In this document: piece by piece, positions 1-9,400 of the stretch
Layout: every line of letters begins with the position of its first letter
Numbering within the stretch: position 1 is the stretch's first letter
Source of the DNA: a bacterium
GTDB lineage: Bacteria; CG03
Assembly: GCA_013791675.1 (NCBI GenBank)
Contig: VMTI01000114.1
Location: forward strand, 1-35,621
Reading direction: 5' to 3'
Length of the DNA stretch: 35,621 nt
Made by a program: the position numbers and the translations under genes
The notes under the pieces: model-generated
Database searches by the model: none
The model's input: the letters and a program-made list of their open reading frames with translations, nothing else
What the model was told of the DNA's origin: nothing

Positions 1-114
1 AAAGCCGGACACAGGGTTGAAAGATTGAAGGCTCTCGGAAATGCAATCGTGCCGCAGGTGGCAATAGAAATTATGCGAGGAATTAAAGCGGCAGACCAAG
101 GGAGGTTATTTTGA
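1..114 (+). CDS. C-terminus of a C5-cytosine DNA methyltransferase (partial, runs off left edge)
   Basis: Frame 1 reads KAGHRVERLKALGNAIVPQVAIEIMRGIKAADQGRLF*. RLKALGNAIVPQVA is the typical motif X of phage Dcm-like MTases. Confidence 0.85.
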   Translation, partial: KAGHRVERLKALGNAIVPQVAIEIMRGIKAADQGRLF

Positions 115-280
115 CAGAATCAGATAAACTAATTCACGGCGGAGGGTTTAGGATACGCTCCTGTCGCCAGCTATGCCGGGCGAGCCTTCAATGCCTTACC
201 CCGAAACGCCGGTGTAGCGTCCGCGGGAAGTGTATGTCGGTGAGGCTGAAGATATTTAAGCTGAGGAAGAAGGAGAACAA

Positions 281-589
281 ATGAGATTTAACAGACACAA
301 ATTCAACGCCATAAGAACGGAGCGCGACGGCATAAAATTTGGAAGTAAAAAAGAAGCCAAGTATTATTCAGATTTGAAATTAAGAAAGTCGTCGGGAGAA
401 GTTATATTTTTTCTGCGACAAGTCCCGATAGACCTTCCGGGGAATGTCAAATATCGAGTTGACTTCGTTGAGTTTCACGCAGACGGCACGGTGCATTTTA
501 TAGAAGTCAAGGGATTGGATGTGCCTATGGGAAAACTTAAGCGCAAACAGACGGAAGCATTATACCCGATAACGATTGAGGTTGTATGA
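281..589 (+). CDS. DUF1064-family phage PD-(D/E)XK nuclease-like protein
   Basis: KFNAIRTERDGIKFGSKKEA...YRVDF...IEVKG motifs; AAGGAG RBS; common position upstream of terminase. Confidence 0.8.
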   Translation: MRFNRHKFNAIRTERDGIKFGSKKEAKYYSDLKLRKSSGEVIFFLRQVPIDLPGNVKYRVDFVEFHADGTVHFIEVKGLDVPMGKLKRKQTEALYPITIEVV

Positions 590-595
590 AAGTAC

Positions 596-624
596 TTGAC
601 AGGATTATGCTGAACTGTTATAAG
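596..624 (+). promoter_or_regulatory. sigma70-type promoter for the terminase genes
   Basis: TTGACA (596-601), 17 bp spacer, TGn-TATAAG (619-624); predicted start falls at or near the terS ATG (630). Confidence 0.6.
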
Positions 625-629
625 GGATT

Positions 630-1001
630 ATGGCTATTGATAAAAGAAAGAAACCCGTCAAATCGGCGCGCGAACTTGAAAATAGGTTCATCGCCTACTT
701 CGAGGAATGCACCACCAATAAAAAACACGCCCTGATATCAGGACTGGCCCTCGCGGCCGGCGTCAGCTCTACCACCATACGATCATGGCGCGACAAAAAT
801 ACAAATAAGTATCACGAAATTATAACATGGGCTTACGCCTTCGTGGAAAATGGATATGAGAAGCATATGTCTGAAGACCCCGGGCGGGCCGGCGGAGACA
901 TCTTTGCTCTCAAAAACATGGGCTGGAAAGACAAGAAAGAATTCGAAGGCAACTTCACATTCGCGGACATGGTCAAGGCCGCAACAAAGAAAAAAGAGTG
1001 A
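630..1001 (+). CDS. terS: terminase small subunit (P22 gp3-like DNA packaging protein)
   Basis: ISGLALAAG HTH-like segment and IFALKNMGWKDK motif; directly upstream of terL. Confidence 0.8.
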   Translation: MAIDKRKKPVKSARELENRFIAYFEECTTNKKHALISGLALAAGVSSTTIRSWRDKNTNKYHEIITWAYAFVENGYEKHMSEDPGRAGGDIFALKNMGWKDKKEFEGNFTFADMVKAATKKKE

Positions 1002-2450
1002 ATGGAAATAAATGATTCATCCTGGATTATAAACAAGTATAAAAAAGACCCCATAAGATTTTTAATCGACGTCCTTGACGTTGAGGAAGAATACGTCTGG
1101 GACAAAATGCGAGAAACCGCCAGATCCGTCTTAAACAACAAATACACGGCAGTAAAGGCCGGCCATTCCGTCAGTAAAACTTATCTCGCCTCACGCCTCG
1201 CCTTATGGTTCTTATATTGTTTCGGCCCCAAGGCCACCGTTATAACCACTGCGCCCAGTCAACCGCAGGTAGAGGAAGTGCTATGGCGCGAAATCCGCGA
1301 CGCCCACACAAACGCCAAAATACCGCTCGGCGGCCACATGACGAAAACAAAGCTCGAGCTCGCGGAAAAATGGTTCGCCTATGGCTTTGCGACAAAGAGC
1401 GATACGGTGACGCAGCAGGCCACGCGCTTCCAGGGCTTCCATAACGAAAATATACTCATCATCTTTGACGAAGCCGCCGGAATACTATCCCCCATATGGG
1501 GAGCCTCAAACGGCCTTATGACAGCCGGAAACTGCCATTTCCTCGCGGTAGGCAACCCAACATCATGCGACGGAGAATTCGTGGAGTGCTTCAAAGACGC
1601 CAAATTTAACAAAATAACGATATCCGTCATGGACACCCCGAACTTTAAGGCCGGAAAAGAAATAATCCCCGGACTGTCGGGTCAGGAATTTGAGATGGAA
1701 ATAGCAAATAAATTCGGCAGAGATTCAAACGTATATAAAGCCCGCGTCCTTGGAGAAATACCCACCGAAGATGTGGATTCCATTATTTCAATATCGGACT
1801 TTGAGAACGCATACAAGCATTCAATAACACAGACAGAAGGCGTCCGGCGCTTTGTAGTGGGCGACCCTGCCGATGGCGGAGATGAATCCGTATTCTATTA
1901 TATGGAAGACACCGACATAAAAGACGCCCTTATATTCCAAAAGAAAAATCCGATGGTTACCGCGGGAATGATAAATATATTCATGGAAAAGCACGAAGTC
2001 AACACCTACGCCGGCGACTGTATCGGAATTGGCACAGGAGTAAACGCGGCCCTTGCCGATATGGGGCGGGTTGTCATAGATATTGACAGCCGGCACGGTA
2101 AGCCCCACGGCGTCCCCGATATTTATTATAACCTCCGCGCCCAAATATGGATTGAGGCCGGAGAGGCCTTCTCAATGGGTGACATATTCCTGACATGGAA
2201 GGACGACATCCTGCGAGAGCAATTAACCACCGTTAAACAGACAATGCGCTCCGGCCGCATACTTATAGAGCCGAAGGACGCTTTGCGCACCAAATTAGGC
2301 CGTTCCCCCGATCGTGGGGACACTTATGTCATGGGACTATTCGCCCGCCAGTATGTAAAACCGGACAACCATGTAAAGAGCGACAAAAAATATAAAGAAT
2401 GGAAGAAAAAGTGGGGGCCGGATAACCACGGCTCTGCGATGGCCTGTTAG
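1002..2450 (+). CDS. terL: terminase large subunit
   Basis: Walker A-like VKAGHSVSKT, Walker B IIFDEAAG, GNP coupling motif, RNase H-like nuclease acidic motifs GDPADGGD and SPDRGD. Confidence 0.95.
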   Translation: MEINDSSWIINKYKKDPIRFLIDVLDVEEEYVWDKMRETARSVLNNKYTAVKAGHSVSKTYLASRLALWFLYCFGPKATVITTAPSQPQVEEVLWREIRDAHTNAKIPLGGHMTKTKLELAEKWFAYGFATKSDTVTQQATRFQGFHNENILIIFDEAAGILSPIWGASNGLMTAGNCHFLAVGNPTSCDGEFVECFKDAKFNKITISVMDTPNFKAGKEIIPGLSGQEFEMEIANKFGRDSNVYKARVLGEIPTEDVDSIISISDFENAYKHSITQTEGVRRFVVGDPADGGDESVFYYMEDTDIKDALIFQKKNPMVTAGMINIFMEKHEVNTYAGDCIGIGTGVNAALADMGRVVIDIDSRHGKPHGVPDIYYNLRAQIWIEAGEAFSMGDIFLTWKDDILREQLTTVKQTMRSGRILIEPKDALRTKLGRSPDRGDTYVMGLFARQYVKPDNHVKSDKKYKEWKKKWGPDNHGSAMAC

Positions 2451-2504
2451 ATTATAATAAGTAAATAAATAAGTCGTGCCCGTAATAACCACCGACCTAT
2501 AAAC

Positions 2505-2539
2505 AGTGTAGCATTTTCCGAAAGCTTGTCAAGTACTTT
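2505..2539 (-). promoter_or_regulatory. putative antisense sigma70-type promoter pointing into terL
   Basis: Minus strand AAAGTACTTGACA, 16 bp spacer, TGc-TACACT; the 13-mer is identical to the one in the terS promoter. Confidence 0.45.
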
Positions 2540-2583
2540 ACTCTAAATTTTCCCCGAAATTCACTGCGCTATATTTTTCCCTA

Positions 2584-2612
2584 TTGACAAGTTTTATCGC
2601 ATATGTTAAAGA
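2584..2612 (+). promoter_or_regulatory. possible promoter for the portal/capsid operon
   Basis: TTGACA (2584-2589) in an AT-rich intergenic region; the -10 (TGt-TAAAGA) is weak. Confidence 0.3.
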
Positions 2613-2691
2613 AAAACAAGAATAGTATTTAATACTATTCTATAAAGTAAGGGGGTTATATGCGGTATGAACCAGTGAAGTGTGATAAAAT

Positions 2692-4512
2692 ATGAGCACC
2701 TACGACACCAGACAGCGACAGTTAAAGTCATTTTGGAAAGAGGGCAAAGAAGGAAATGACGGATGGCGCACAAAGGCCAAAGAAAACAAATCCTTTTATA
2801 AGGGAATTCAATGGGAAAAAACAGATGTGGATATCCTCGACGCCGAACACCGACCTCACCTAACATTCAACCATATATTCCCCACAGTTAATCTTATTTC
2901 AGGCATACAACGCCAGAACAAACAGGACATAAAAGTATTCCCCAAGAAAGGTGGAATGAAAGAGCTCGCCGATGTGCTCACCGCGGCCGCAAAGAACGTC
3001 ACCGACGAATCAAACGGCGAATACCTCACCTCAATGGCCTTCTTTGACGGCCTCGTAACCGCCAAGGGTTGGCTCGGCCTTGACATAACCTACGACGACG
3101 AGCCGGTAAACGGTGAAATAGTAATGGAGAGATACTCCCCGTTCAGTATAATTGAAGACCCTAACTGTGAGAACTATGACCTCAATACCAGCAAATACAT
3201 AATCCGTACCTTCTGGTGGGACAAAGAGGCTATCCGGCTCGCATACCCGAAAGTCAAAGAACTTAACATCGGGCTTGACGCCATAGCGCAGAGCGAACCT
3301 GACGACGTGCAGACGATATCCTTCGAAACCGACACCTATCAGGACGCTACGGACGACGAAACAAAAAACCCCAATAAAATACGATACAAAATCCGAAAAT
3401 ACTTCTGGCGCACCTATGAGCGCCGAAGTTTCCTAATCAACAAAGCGTCGCTTGAAGTCCAGCTCATAAATAAAAGCAGAATGGACGAGGTGGCGGCGAT
3501 TATGAAATCGAAACTCGGCTCCGGCTGGACTATTCAGGAAAGGATTATACCGATACTTCATAGAACCACAATGGTCGGCGAACTCGAGCTCGAACACGAA
3601 GATAACCCCTACGGCGAAGAAATAAGCGCCTATCCTATAAAGAGATTTTGCCCGTATTGGATAGATGGCGACCCCCTGGGGGCTGTTGACAACCTAAAGG
3701 ATCCGCAGCGCGAGCTCAATAAGCGGTATTCACAGCTTCTGCACCACCTCAACCATTCCGCGAACTCCGGCTTTATCGGCCCCGAAGGCTGGGAAGTAGA
3801 AACCAAAGAGGAAGTAGCAGCCTTCGCGTCAAAGCCCGGAGCCAACATCCATTACAAGCTCAACAAAAAGCCGGAGCGTATCGTGCCTACGACACTATCG
3901 TCCGGACATCTTGCGGCCTCACAATACGGCGCCGCCAACATCAAAATTATATCCGGCGTCAATGCCGACTTGCGCGCGGAAGATACATCACGATCGGATT
4001 CCGGCATAGCCATGCAGGAACGCAAAGCGCAGGGTGCTCTGGTTTCGGAAATCATATTCGACAATTTCCGCTATACCCAGCAGATGTTTAATGAAACGCT
4101 CGTAGACTTTATAAGGAAAAGCGGGTCATTAACGGATATCGAAATAAAAGATATCGCAATCAATGCCGGAGTGCCGGAATTTGATATAGAATTGCTCAAG
4201 CACAGAGCCGCGGGGAAATATGGCATTAAGGTATCGCAGAGCCAGCACTCGCCGACCACAAGATTGTCGAACTTCTCAATGCTCTTGGAAGCGGCCAAGG
4301 CCGGCATGCCAATACCAATGGACGTGTTGCTTGAAATGAGCGATATACCGAATAAGAAAGAAATCATAGCAAGAATACAACAGCAACAGCAGGAAGAAAA
4401 ACAGCGCGAGGATATCAAAATCCAATCGCAGGCAAACGCTATGAACGCCAAAGCCGCCCAAGCGCAGAATCAGGGTGGCCCGCAACCGGGCGGACAATCT
4501 CCGGGGGCTTGA
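2692..4512 (+). CDS. portal protein (P22-like podovirus type)
   Basis: 606 aa after terL; FYKGIQW...RPHLTFNHIFPTVNLISG, LKDPQRELNKRYS, SGIAMQER motifs; Q-rich C-terminal helix. Confidence 0.9.
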   Translation: MSTYDTRQRQLKSFWKEGKEGNDGWRTKAKENKSFYKGIQWEKTDVDILDAEHRPHLTFNHIFPTVNLISGIQRQNKQDIKVFPKKGGMKELADVLTAAAKNVTDESNGEYLTSMAFFDGLVTAKGWLGLDITYDDEPVNGEIVMERYSPFSIIEDPNCENYDLNTSKYIIRTFWWDKEAIRLAYPKVKELNIGLDAIAQSEPDDVQTISFETDTYQDATDDETKNPNKIRYKIRKYFWRTYERRSFLINKASLEVQLINKSRMDEVAAIMKSKLGSGWTIQERIIPILHRTTMVGELELEHEDNPYGEEISAYPIKRFCPYWIDGDPLGAVDNLKDPQRELNKRYSQLLHHLNHSANSGFIGPEGWEVETKEEVAAFASKPGANIHYKLNKKPERIVPTTLSSGHLAASQYGAANIKIISGVNADLRAEDTSRSDSGIAMQERKAQGALVSEIIFDNFRYTQQMFNETLVDFIRKSGSLTDIEIKDIAINAGVPEFDIELLKHRAAGKYGIKVSQSQHSPTTRLSNFSMLLEAAKAGMPIPMDVLLEMSDIPNKKEIIARIQQQQQEEKQREDIKIQSQANAMNAKAAQAQNQGGPQPGGQSPGA

Positions 4513-4569
4513 TGAACATGCTAAAGCATGGTAGGGTAACTTGCACCCAAAGCAAGGAAGGAGGCCGAA

Positions 4570-5337
4570 ATGGCTGATGGAACAGATGGATTAAAAGATG
4601 ATGGGAAGGGAAGAACACCCGAAGATGTGAGAAAAGAGCTTTTTGAAAAGCTGGCGGAAACTGGTTATAGAGTAGAGGACGATGAAAGGTTCAAAGGCCT
4701 CATCGCTGATAATCAGAAAGAGCGTAATGCTCGCCATTCAGCAGACGAAGAACTCGCGCGTTTAAGGGAGGAGAATGGAATGTTATCAGAAGAACTTGCG
4801 GGCAAAAAAAACCCGAACTCCGGGGGAACACTGGAGGGAAAATCTGACGATGAGTTATTGACCGTCGGAGCCGTAAAAAATCTTCTGAAACAGGCAAGTG
4901 AGCAGACAGAGGAATATGACAAGAAACAGCGTCAGGCGGAATTTACCCGTAAAATGCGGGATTCCGAGGAAGCTGCGAAAGAAAAGTTTACTGTCGCAAA
5001 GGTCGGAGAAGGACTTGATTTTATGTCAGTACTCGAAGGGTGGAAAAGAATTGTTGCTAAAAATCCCGGCTATGCGGCCGTGATAAACAACTCTAAAAAC
5101 CCCGCCGAGGAAGCATATAAGATAGGACTGACCGACCCCGAAATAGCTCAACGTGTCGCCAACTCCACAAATTCACAACTTCTCGCGAAGATGAAAACAG
5201 GTGGCAGCGGTTTTATACCGAAAGGCGGAGTTAAAAGCGGCGGAGCTTTAGAGGATTTAAGCCAAACAGAATTAATGGCTATGGACACCTCTGAACTTGA
5301 AAAATCCATACGCGAAGACGAAGCCAACGCCAAATGA
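4570..5337 (+). CDS. capsid scaffolding protein
   Basis: Charged helical 255-aa protein between portal and MCP; NSKNPAEEAYKIG motif; AAGGAGG RBS. Confidence 0.7.
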   Translation: MADGTDGLKDDGKGRTPEDVRKELFEKLAETGYRVEDDERFKGLIADNQKERNARHSADEELARLREENGMLSEELAGKKNPNSGGTLEGKSDDELLTVGAVKNLLKQASEQTEEYDKKQRQAEFTRKMRDSEEAAKEKFTVAKVGEGLDFMSVLEGWKRIVAKNPGYAAVINNSKNPAEEAYKIGLTDPEIAQRVANSTNSQLLAKMKTGGSGFIPKGGVKSGGALEDLSQTELMAMDTSELEKSIREDEANAK

Positions 5338-5363
5338 TTTCATAAAGGAAAAAGGTAAATAAA

Positions 5364-6425
5364 ATGGCAGATACACAATTTTTGACAGGGAATGCCGCGA
5401 CTATCACAAAATGGTCAGCGATTCTTATGAAGCAGGCGCTCAAGCAGATGTATTTGAGCAAATTTTCAAGCACGAAAGATTCATCCATTTTTCAGGTAAA
5501 ATCTGAACTCACCAAAGCGAAGGGCGACAAAATCACCTTCGGTCTGCGGATGAAACTCTCCGGTGCCGGCGTTACAGGAGATTCCGACATCGAGACAGCC
5601 GAGGAGGCGATGGTATTCTATGACGATCAGGTCGTTGTTGACCTACGTATGAATGCCGTTAAGGCCGCCGGTAAGATGACGTTGCAGAGGACTGCATACA
5701 ACATCAAAGCGGAAGCCAAAGACGCACTCGCTGACTGGGCTGCTGAAATTCTTGATGAAGACATGGTTTACGCCCTTTCCGGCATTGCCAATGCCGCCGG
5801 AACGATTGCCGTCAACGCCCCGAGCACAAACCGTGTGTGGTACGGCGGGCAGACTTCCGCGGGCGTGGTAACAGCAAACCTTGCCTCTGACGCTGCTATA
5901 ACCAGCTCAACCGACCATTTGTTCGGAACGAAGGTTATATCGCTCATCAAGAGAAAAGCGAAAGCCGCAAGTCCGAAAATCAGACCTGTCATGGTCGACG
6001 GAAAAGAAATGTACGTGATACTCATCAGCCCGCTTCAGAACAAATCTCTGCGGGCAGACGCCGACTGGCTGAACGCGCAGCGTAATGCCAACTGGAGAGG
6101 GAGCAAGAATCCTATCTTCGATGGCGCTGACGGAGTATGGGACAACGTCGTTGTTCATGAGTACGACCGAATTCTCACAAGAGCTTTGGGCGAATCTTTT
6201 GAAGCCGGCGACGTATGTGGTATTGCCACAGCCCGCGCACTTTTCTGCGGAGCACAGGCCGGAGTTATCGGCTGGGCGCAGTATCTGGCGTGGTATGAGA
6301 AAATGTTCCAGTACGGCAGAGTGCCTGGCGTAGCCACGGACATGATCTATGGCGTAAAGAAAACAGAGTACAACAGCGAAGACTTCGGAGTCATAGCCGT
6401 TGACACTGCAATCGTAGAGGACTAA
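5364..6425 (+). CDS. major capsid protein, N4-gp56/DUF4043 type
   Basis: ELTKAKGDKITFGL..L.G.GVTGD, KIRPVMVDGKEMYV, NPIFDGADGVWDNVVVHE, RALFCGAQA, EDFGVIAVDT motifs. Confidence 0.92.
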   Translation: MADTQFLTGNAATITKWSAILMKQALKQMYLSKFSSTKDSSIFQVKSELTKAKGDKITFGLRMKLSGAGVTGDSDIETAEEAMVFYDDQVVVDLRMNAVKAAGKMTLQRTAYNIKAEAKDALADWAAEILDEDMVYALSGIANAAGTIAVNAPSTNRVWYGGQTSAGVVTANLASDAAITSSTDHLFGTKVISLIKRKAKAASPKIRPVMVDGKEMYVILISPLQNKSLRADADWLNAQRNANWRGSKNPIFDGADGVWDNVVVHEYDRILTRALGESFEAGDVCGIATARALFCGAQAGVIGWAQYLAWYEKMFQYGRVPGVATDMIYGVKKTEYNSEDFGVIAVDTAIVED

Positions 6426-6445
6426 GGTCTGGGAGGTATAAAACT

Positions 6446-7870
6446 ATGAGCTATTTTAAAGCCTTAGTGATTACTCTCTTATTGTCTGTCGCTGCCTTTG
6501 CTGCAGTCGGAGCACCATATGTGAATTACAACTTCACTGTGGTGGACGAGAACGGCGACCCCATAACGGGGGGCTTGAATGCGTATATTTACAACACCTC
6601 TGATTCTTCAGTTACGATCAAAGCCGATGGGCAGGGGATTGGCACAAAAACCAATCCTATCTACTTCACGACAAATGGACTTGTTTCCTTCTTCACAAAG
6701 GAGACTTCCATAAATGTCATTGTCGTAGATACGCCGACAATAACGAGAACAATGAAATGGTCAAGTATGCCAGTGACAAAGCACAGGATTGTCTTTCCGA
6801 AAGCATGGACGACAATTGTGGTTGATGAAGCCATTACTGTATCGGGGACTATTGCAGCCTCCGATGTCACGGCAACCTACGGGGTGGGCGCCGCCACAGG
6901 TGTTTTTTCAAGCACACTTGCGGCCGCAACACTAAACACAGGCCAGGGAGCAAACGAGCTCTACGCCATGAGCCAGGACGTGGAATCTACTGACGCAGTA
7001 ACATTCAGAAATGTTGCGGCGACGTGGGGCGTAACAGGAGCGACCTTCACCTTCACAGGCGCGGGTAACGCGGCCACGATCAACACAGGGCAAGGTGCGA
7101 ATGAAGTTTACGCTATGAACCAGGACGTCGAGACCACCGATGATGTTACCCACAGAAATGTGACAGCGACATTCGGTGTAACCGCGGCCACCTTAACAGT
7201 GGTGACAAGCCTTGACTTCCCTGCCGGCTCTGTAGCGGGAGCTGACTTGGTGAGCGACAGCGTAACTGACACGCAACTGGCCTACAATACCGGACAGGAT
7301 TTAACGACAGCGAGCGACCCTACGTTCAGGGACGCAACGGTGACTTATGGTATTGATGTTGGAACGGTAGAGGCGTCTGGGGTTATAGACACAGCGTCCA
7401 CTATTGAGGCCGGCAGCGGTAACATAACAATCGTGAATGCGACCGGAAATCTTGACGGCGAAGTGATTGCCGACAACACCATTGACACTGACAGTGTCGA
7501 CTGGGGTGCCGGAACCGGGCAGATTGGTTTCCATTCACTGGCGACAATCGCGGTAGTGTTTGATTCCTCAACCATAACCACAACGGATATGGGGAAAATC
7601 TACATTTCCACGAAGACATTGCCTGCGTCATTTACATTACCGTATTCGTCAAACACGATTGACAACGGCTGTGTGATGATTAAGAACACCGGCGGGTCAA
7701 ATATCTATTCAGTCATTCCTTCGGGAACTGATCAGATAGATTTGGCCGGCGCGAGTGTGGCCTACGACGGCATTGACGCGGATAACGACTTCGTTGTCCT
7801 ATACAATGACGCGGGGGCCGCAGGTGTTGCTGGAAACTGGTATATCCTCGGGAAGAACGGTAGCCAGTAA
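6446..7870 (+). CDS. T/A/V-rich repeat fibre or decoration protein with N-terminal signal-peptide-like segment
   Basis: MSYFKALVITLLLSVAAFA; two ~49-aa repeats (NTGQGANE.YAM.QDVE.TD.VT.RNV.AT.GVT) plus a partial third; directly after MCP. Confidence 0.6.
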   Translation: MSYFKALVITLLLSVAAFAAVGAPYVNYNFTVVDENGDPITGGLNAYIYNTSDSSVTIKADGQGIGTKTNPIYFTTNGLVSFFTKETSINVIVVDTPTITRTMKWSSMPVTKHRIVFPKAWTTIVVDEAITVSGTIAASDVTATYGVGAATGVFSSTLAAATLNTGQGANELYAMSQDVESTDAVTFRNVAATWGVTGATFTFTGAGNAATINTGQGANEVYAMNQDVETTDDVTHRNVTATFGVTAATLTVVTSLDFPAGSVAGADLVSDSVTDTQLAYNTGQDLTTASDPTFRDATVTYGIDVGTVEASGVIDTASTIEAGSGNITIVNATGNLDGEVIADNTIDTDSVDWGAGTGQIGFHSLATIAVVFDSSTITTTDMGKIYISTKTLPASFTLPYSSNTIDNGCVMIKNTGGSNIYSVIPSGTDQIDLAGASVAYDGIDADNDFVVLYNDAGAAGVAGNWYILGKNGSQ

Positions 7871-7880
7871 AGTATTGTGC

Positions 7881-7922
7881 GGGGAGGTTGCCCTTTGTGT
7901 AAAAGCAATGGGTGGCCTCCCC
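7881..7922 (+). other. GC-rich RNA hairpin (processing, stability or attenuation element)
   Basis: GGGGAGGTTGCCC pairs with GGGTGGCCTCCCC (13 bp, 3 G-U); no U tract; just before the GGAGG RBS of the next gene. Confidence 0.55.
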
Positions 7923-7939
7923 CACGGAGGTAACAATCA

Positions 7940-8518
7940 ATGGCAATAGAAAAATCTGAAATTCTGGCAATAATAAATTCGCGTCTTAACAGGGCTGAAA
8001 CCGACATAGACGAAGAAATAAGGTCAGTGCTCTATGATATAAGTACCCGCGCCAATTTCATAAATAAGGAAGCGACCGCAGATACCACGGCAAGCACAAA
8101 CTATTACGCCGTGCCTGCCGACTTCAAGGATATGACCGTCATAAAAGCTGACGACGCCACACCACTTGACAAAATAACATTTGAGAATTTTCAAAAGAAA
8201 ATAGCGGAAGTTACGGGAACAAGCGAACCGAATGAATACTCAATAAAGAATGATTTTATATGGCTCTACCCGAACCCCGACAAAGTTTATACGCTGACGA
8301 TGTTTTATTCCATATTCCACCCGAATGACGTGGACACCATAGAATTCGGCGAACTGTTCAGGGAGTGCATTTATCAGGGAGTACTCGCAAAAATATGCGA
8401 GAAATACGAGGACTGGACAGCCGTGTCTTCACATATGACATTATACGAAGCTGAAATACAGAAGCGGAAAGACGCCCTTGACGAACCTATGTTCTTTTTG
8501 AAGGGCAACAATATATAG
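7940..8518 (+). CDS. head-tail adaptor / head completion protein
   Basis: YYAVPADF, GTSEPNEYSI...IWLYPNPDKVYTLTMFY pattern typical of podovirus adaptors; synteny. Confidence 0.7.
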   Translation: MAIEKSEILAIINSRLNRAETDIDEEIRSVLYDISTRANFINKEATADTTASTNYYAVPADFKDMTVIKADDATPLDKITFENFQKKIAEVTGTSEPNEYSIKNDFIWLYPNPDKVYTLTMFYSIFHPNDVDTIEFGELFRECIYQGVLAKICEKYEDWTAVSSHMTLYEAEIQKRKDALDEPMFFLKGNNI

Positions 8519-8527
8519 GAGGCAATT

Positions 8528-9400
8528 ATGGCATTCACAACTTTTGATACATCAAAACCTGCGGGCACTGACGACCCGTCAGCCGGAGATGATCGCATTC
8601 GCGAACTTAAAGCGGCAATACAGGAACGATTAGCGGTAGACCATTACATGCCGGCGAGCGGCACGACTTTTGACAACGCCGATACAGGCGAACACAAGAA
8701 AGTAACCCTGCGACAACAGACATCTGCGCCAGTACCCGGAACTGACAAAGGCGCTCTCTACACACTGGAAGCGTCAAGTATCGCCGAACTTCATTTCAAA
8801 GATGAGGGAAATTATATAAAGCAACTGACCGTCCGTGACACCGTAAACGCAAAGCAATGCCTGAACATTGAGGCAAAGGATATTGAGAAAGCGGGAACGG
8901 CTATTGTTGACGATGTCACAATAGAACAGACGGCAGGGAAACTGAATGTTAAAAATGCTGGAATTTCTGCTACAAAGTTAGCGACCAATGCAGTTACGGC
9001 AGATAAGCTCGCCTCCGACGCAGTGGTCAACGCAAGCGTGGCGGCTGGTGCGGCAATCGCATTGTCCAAACTTGCTGCCGGTTCGGCGAGGATTGCGGTT
9101 GGCAAATATACAGGCGATGGCGGCTCCGCACATTCTATCACAACTACGGATGGAGCGACCGCGATAGGGTTTCAACCGATATTTTTAGTGATATGGTATC
9201 AGAGTTCGGGAGCCGGAGCCGCGATTGTCTTTAAAACCAATCAGGATGGGGCGTATACAAAAATTTCAGGTGGCGATGCACACTACTTAACCGGTATTGT
9301 GACATCTCTCGATGCCGACGGTTTTACATTAAATACTTCTGGTTACGCAAACGGTAATGGAATAACCTATACGTTTATAGCGTTTGGAGTTAATGCATAA
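8528..9400 (+). CDS. tail fibre/spike-like structural protein
   Basis: N-terminal P.GTDDPSAGDDRIRELK anchor motif, AVTADKLA repeats, C-terminal YTGDG...GFQP...DGFTL domain. Confidence 0.7.
   Translation: MAFTTFDTSKPAGTDDPSAGDDRIRELKAAIQERLAVDHYMPASGTTFDNADTGEHKKVTLRQQTSAPVPGTDKGALYTLEASSIAELHFKDEGNYIKQLTVRDTVNAKQCLNIEAKDIEKAGTAIVDDVTIEQTAGKLNVKNAGISATKLATNAVTADKLASDAVVNASVAAGAAIALSKLAAGSARIAVGKYTGDGGSAHSITTTDGATAIGFQPIFLVIWYQSSGAGAAIVFKTNQDGAYTKISGGDAHYLTGIVTSLDADGFTLNTSGYANGNGITYTFIAFGVNA

Noticed and set aside
115-280. Possible structured RNA or second hammerhead (GAAACGC...GCGTC, CTGAAGA)
   Set aside because: Stems I and II cannot be formed; only weak hairpins, so no call.
6920-7200. DGR-type template/variable repeat pair in fibre genes
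   Set aside because: These are in-frame protein repeats with mostly synonymous, non-adenine-specific differences, and no reverse transcriptase is present.
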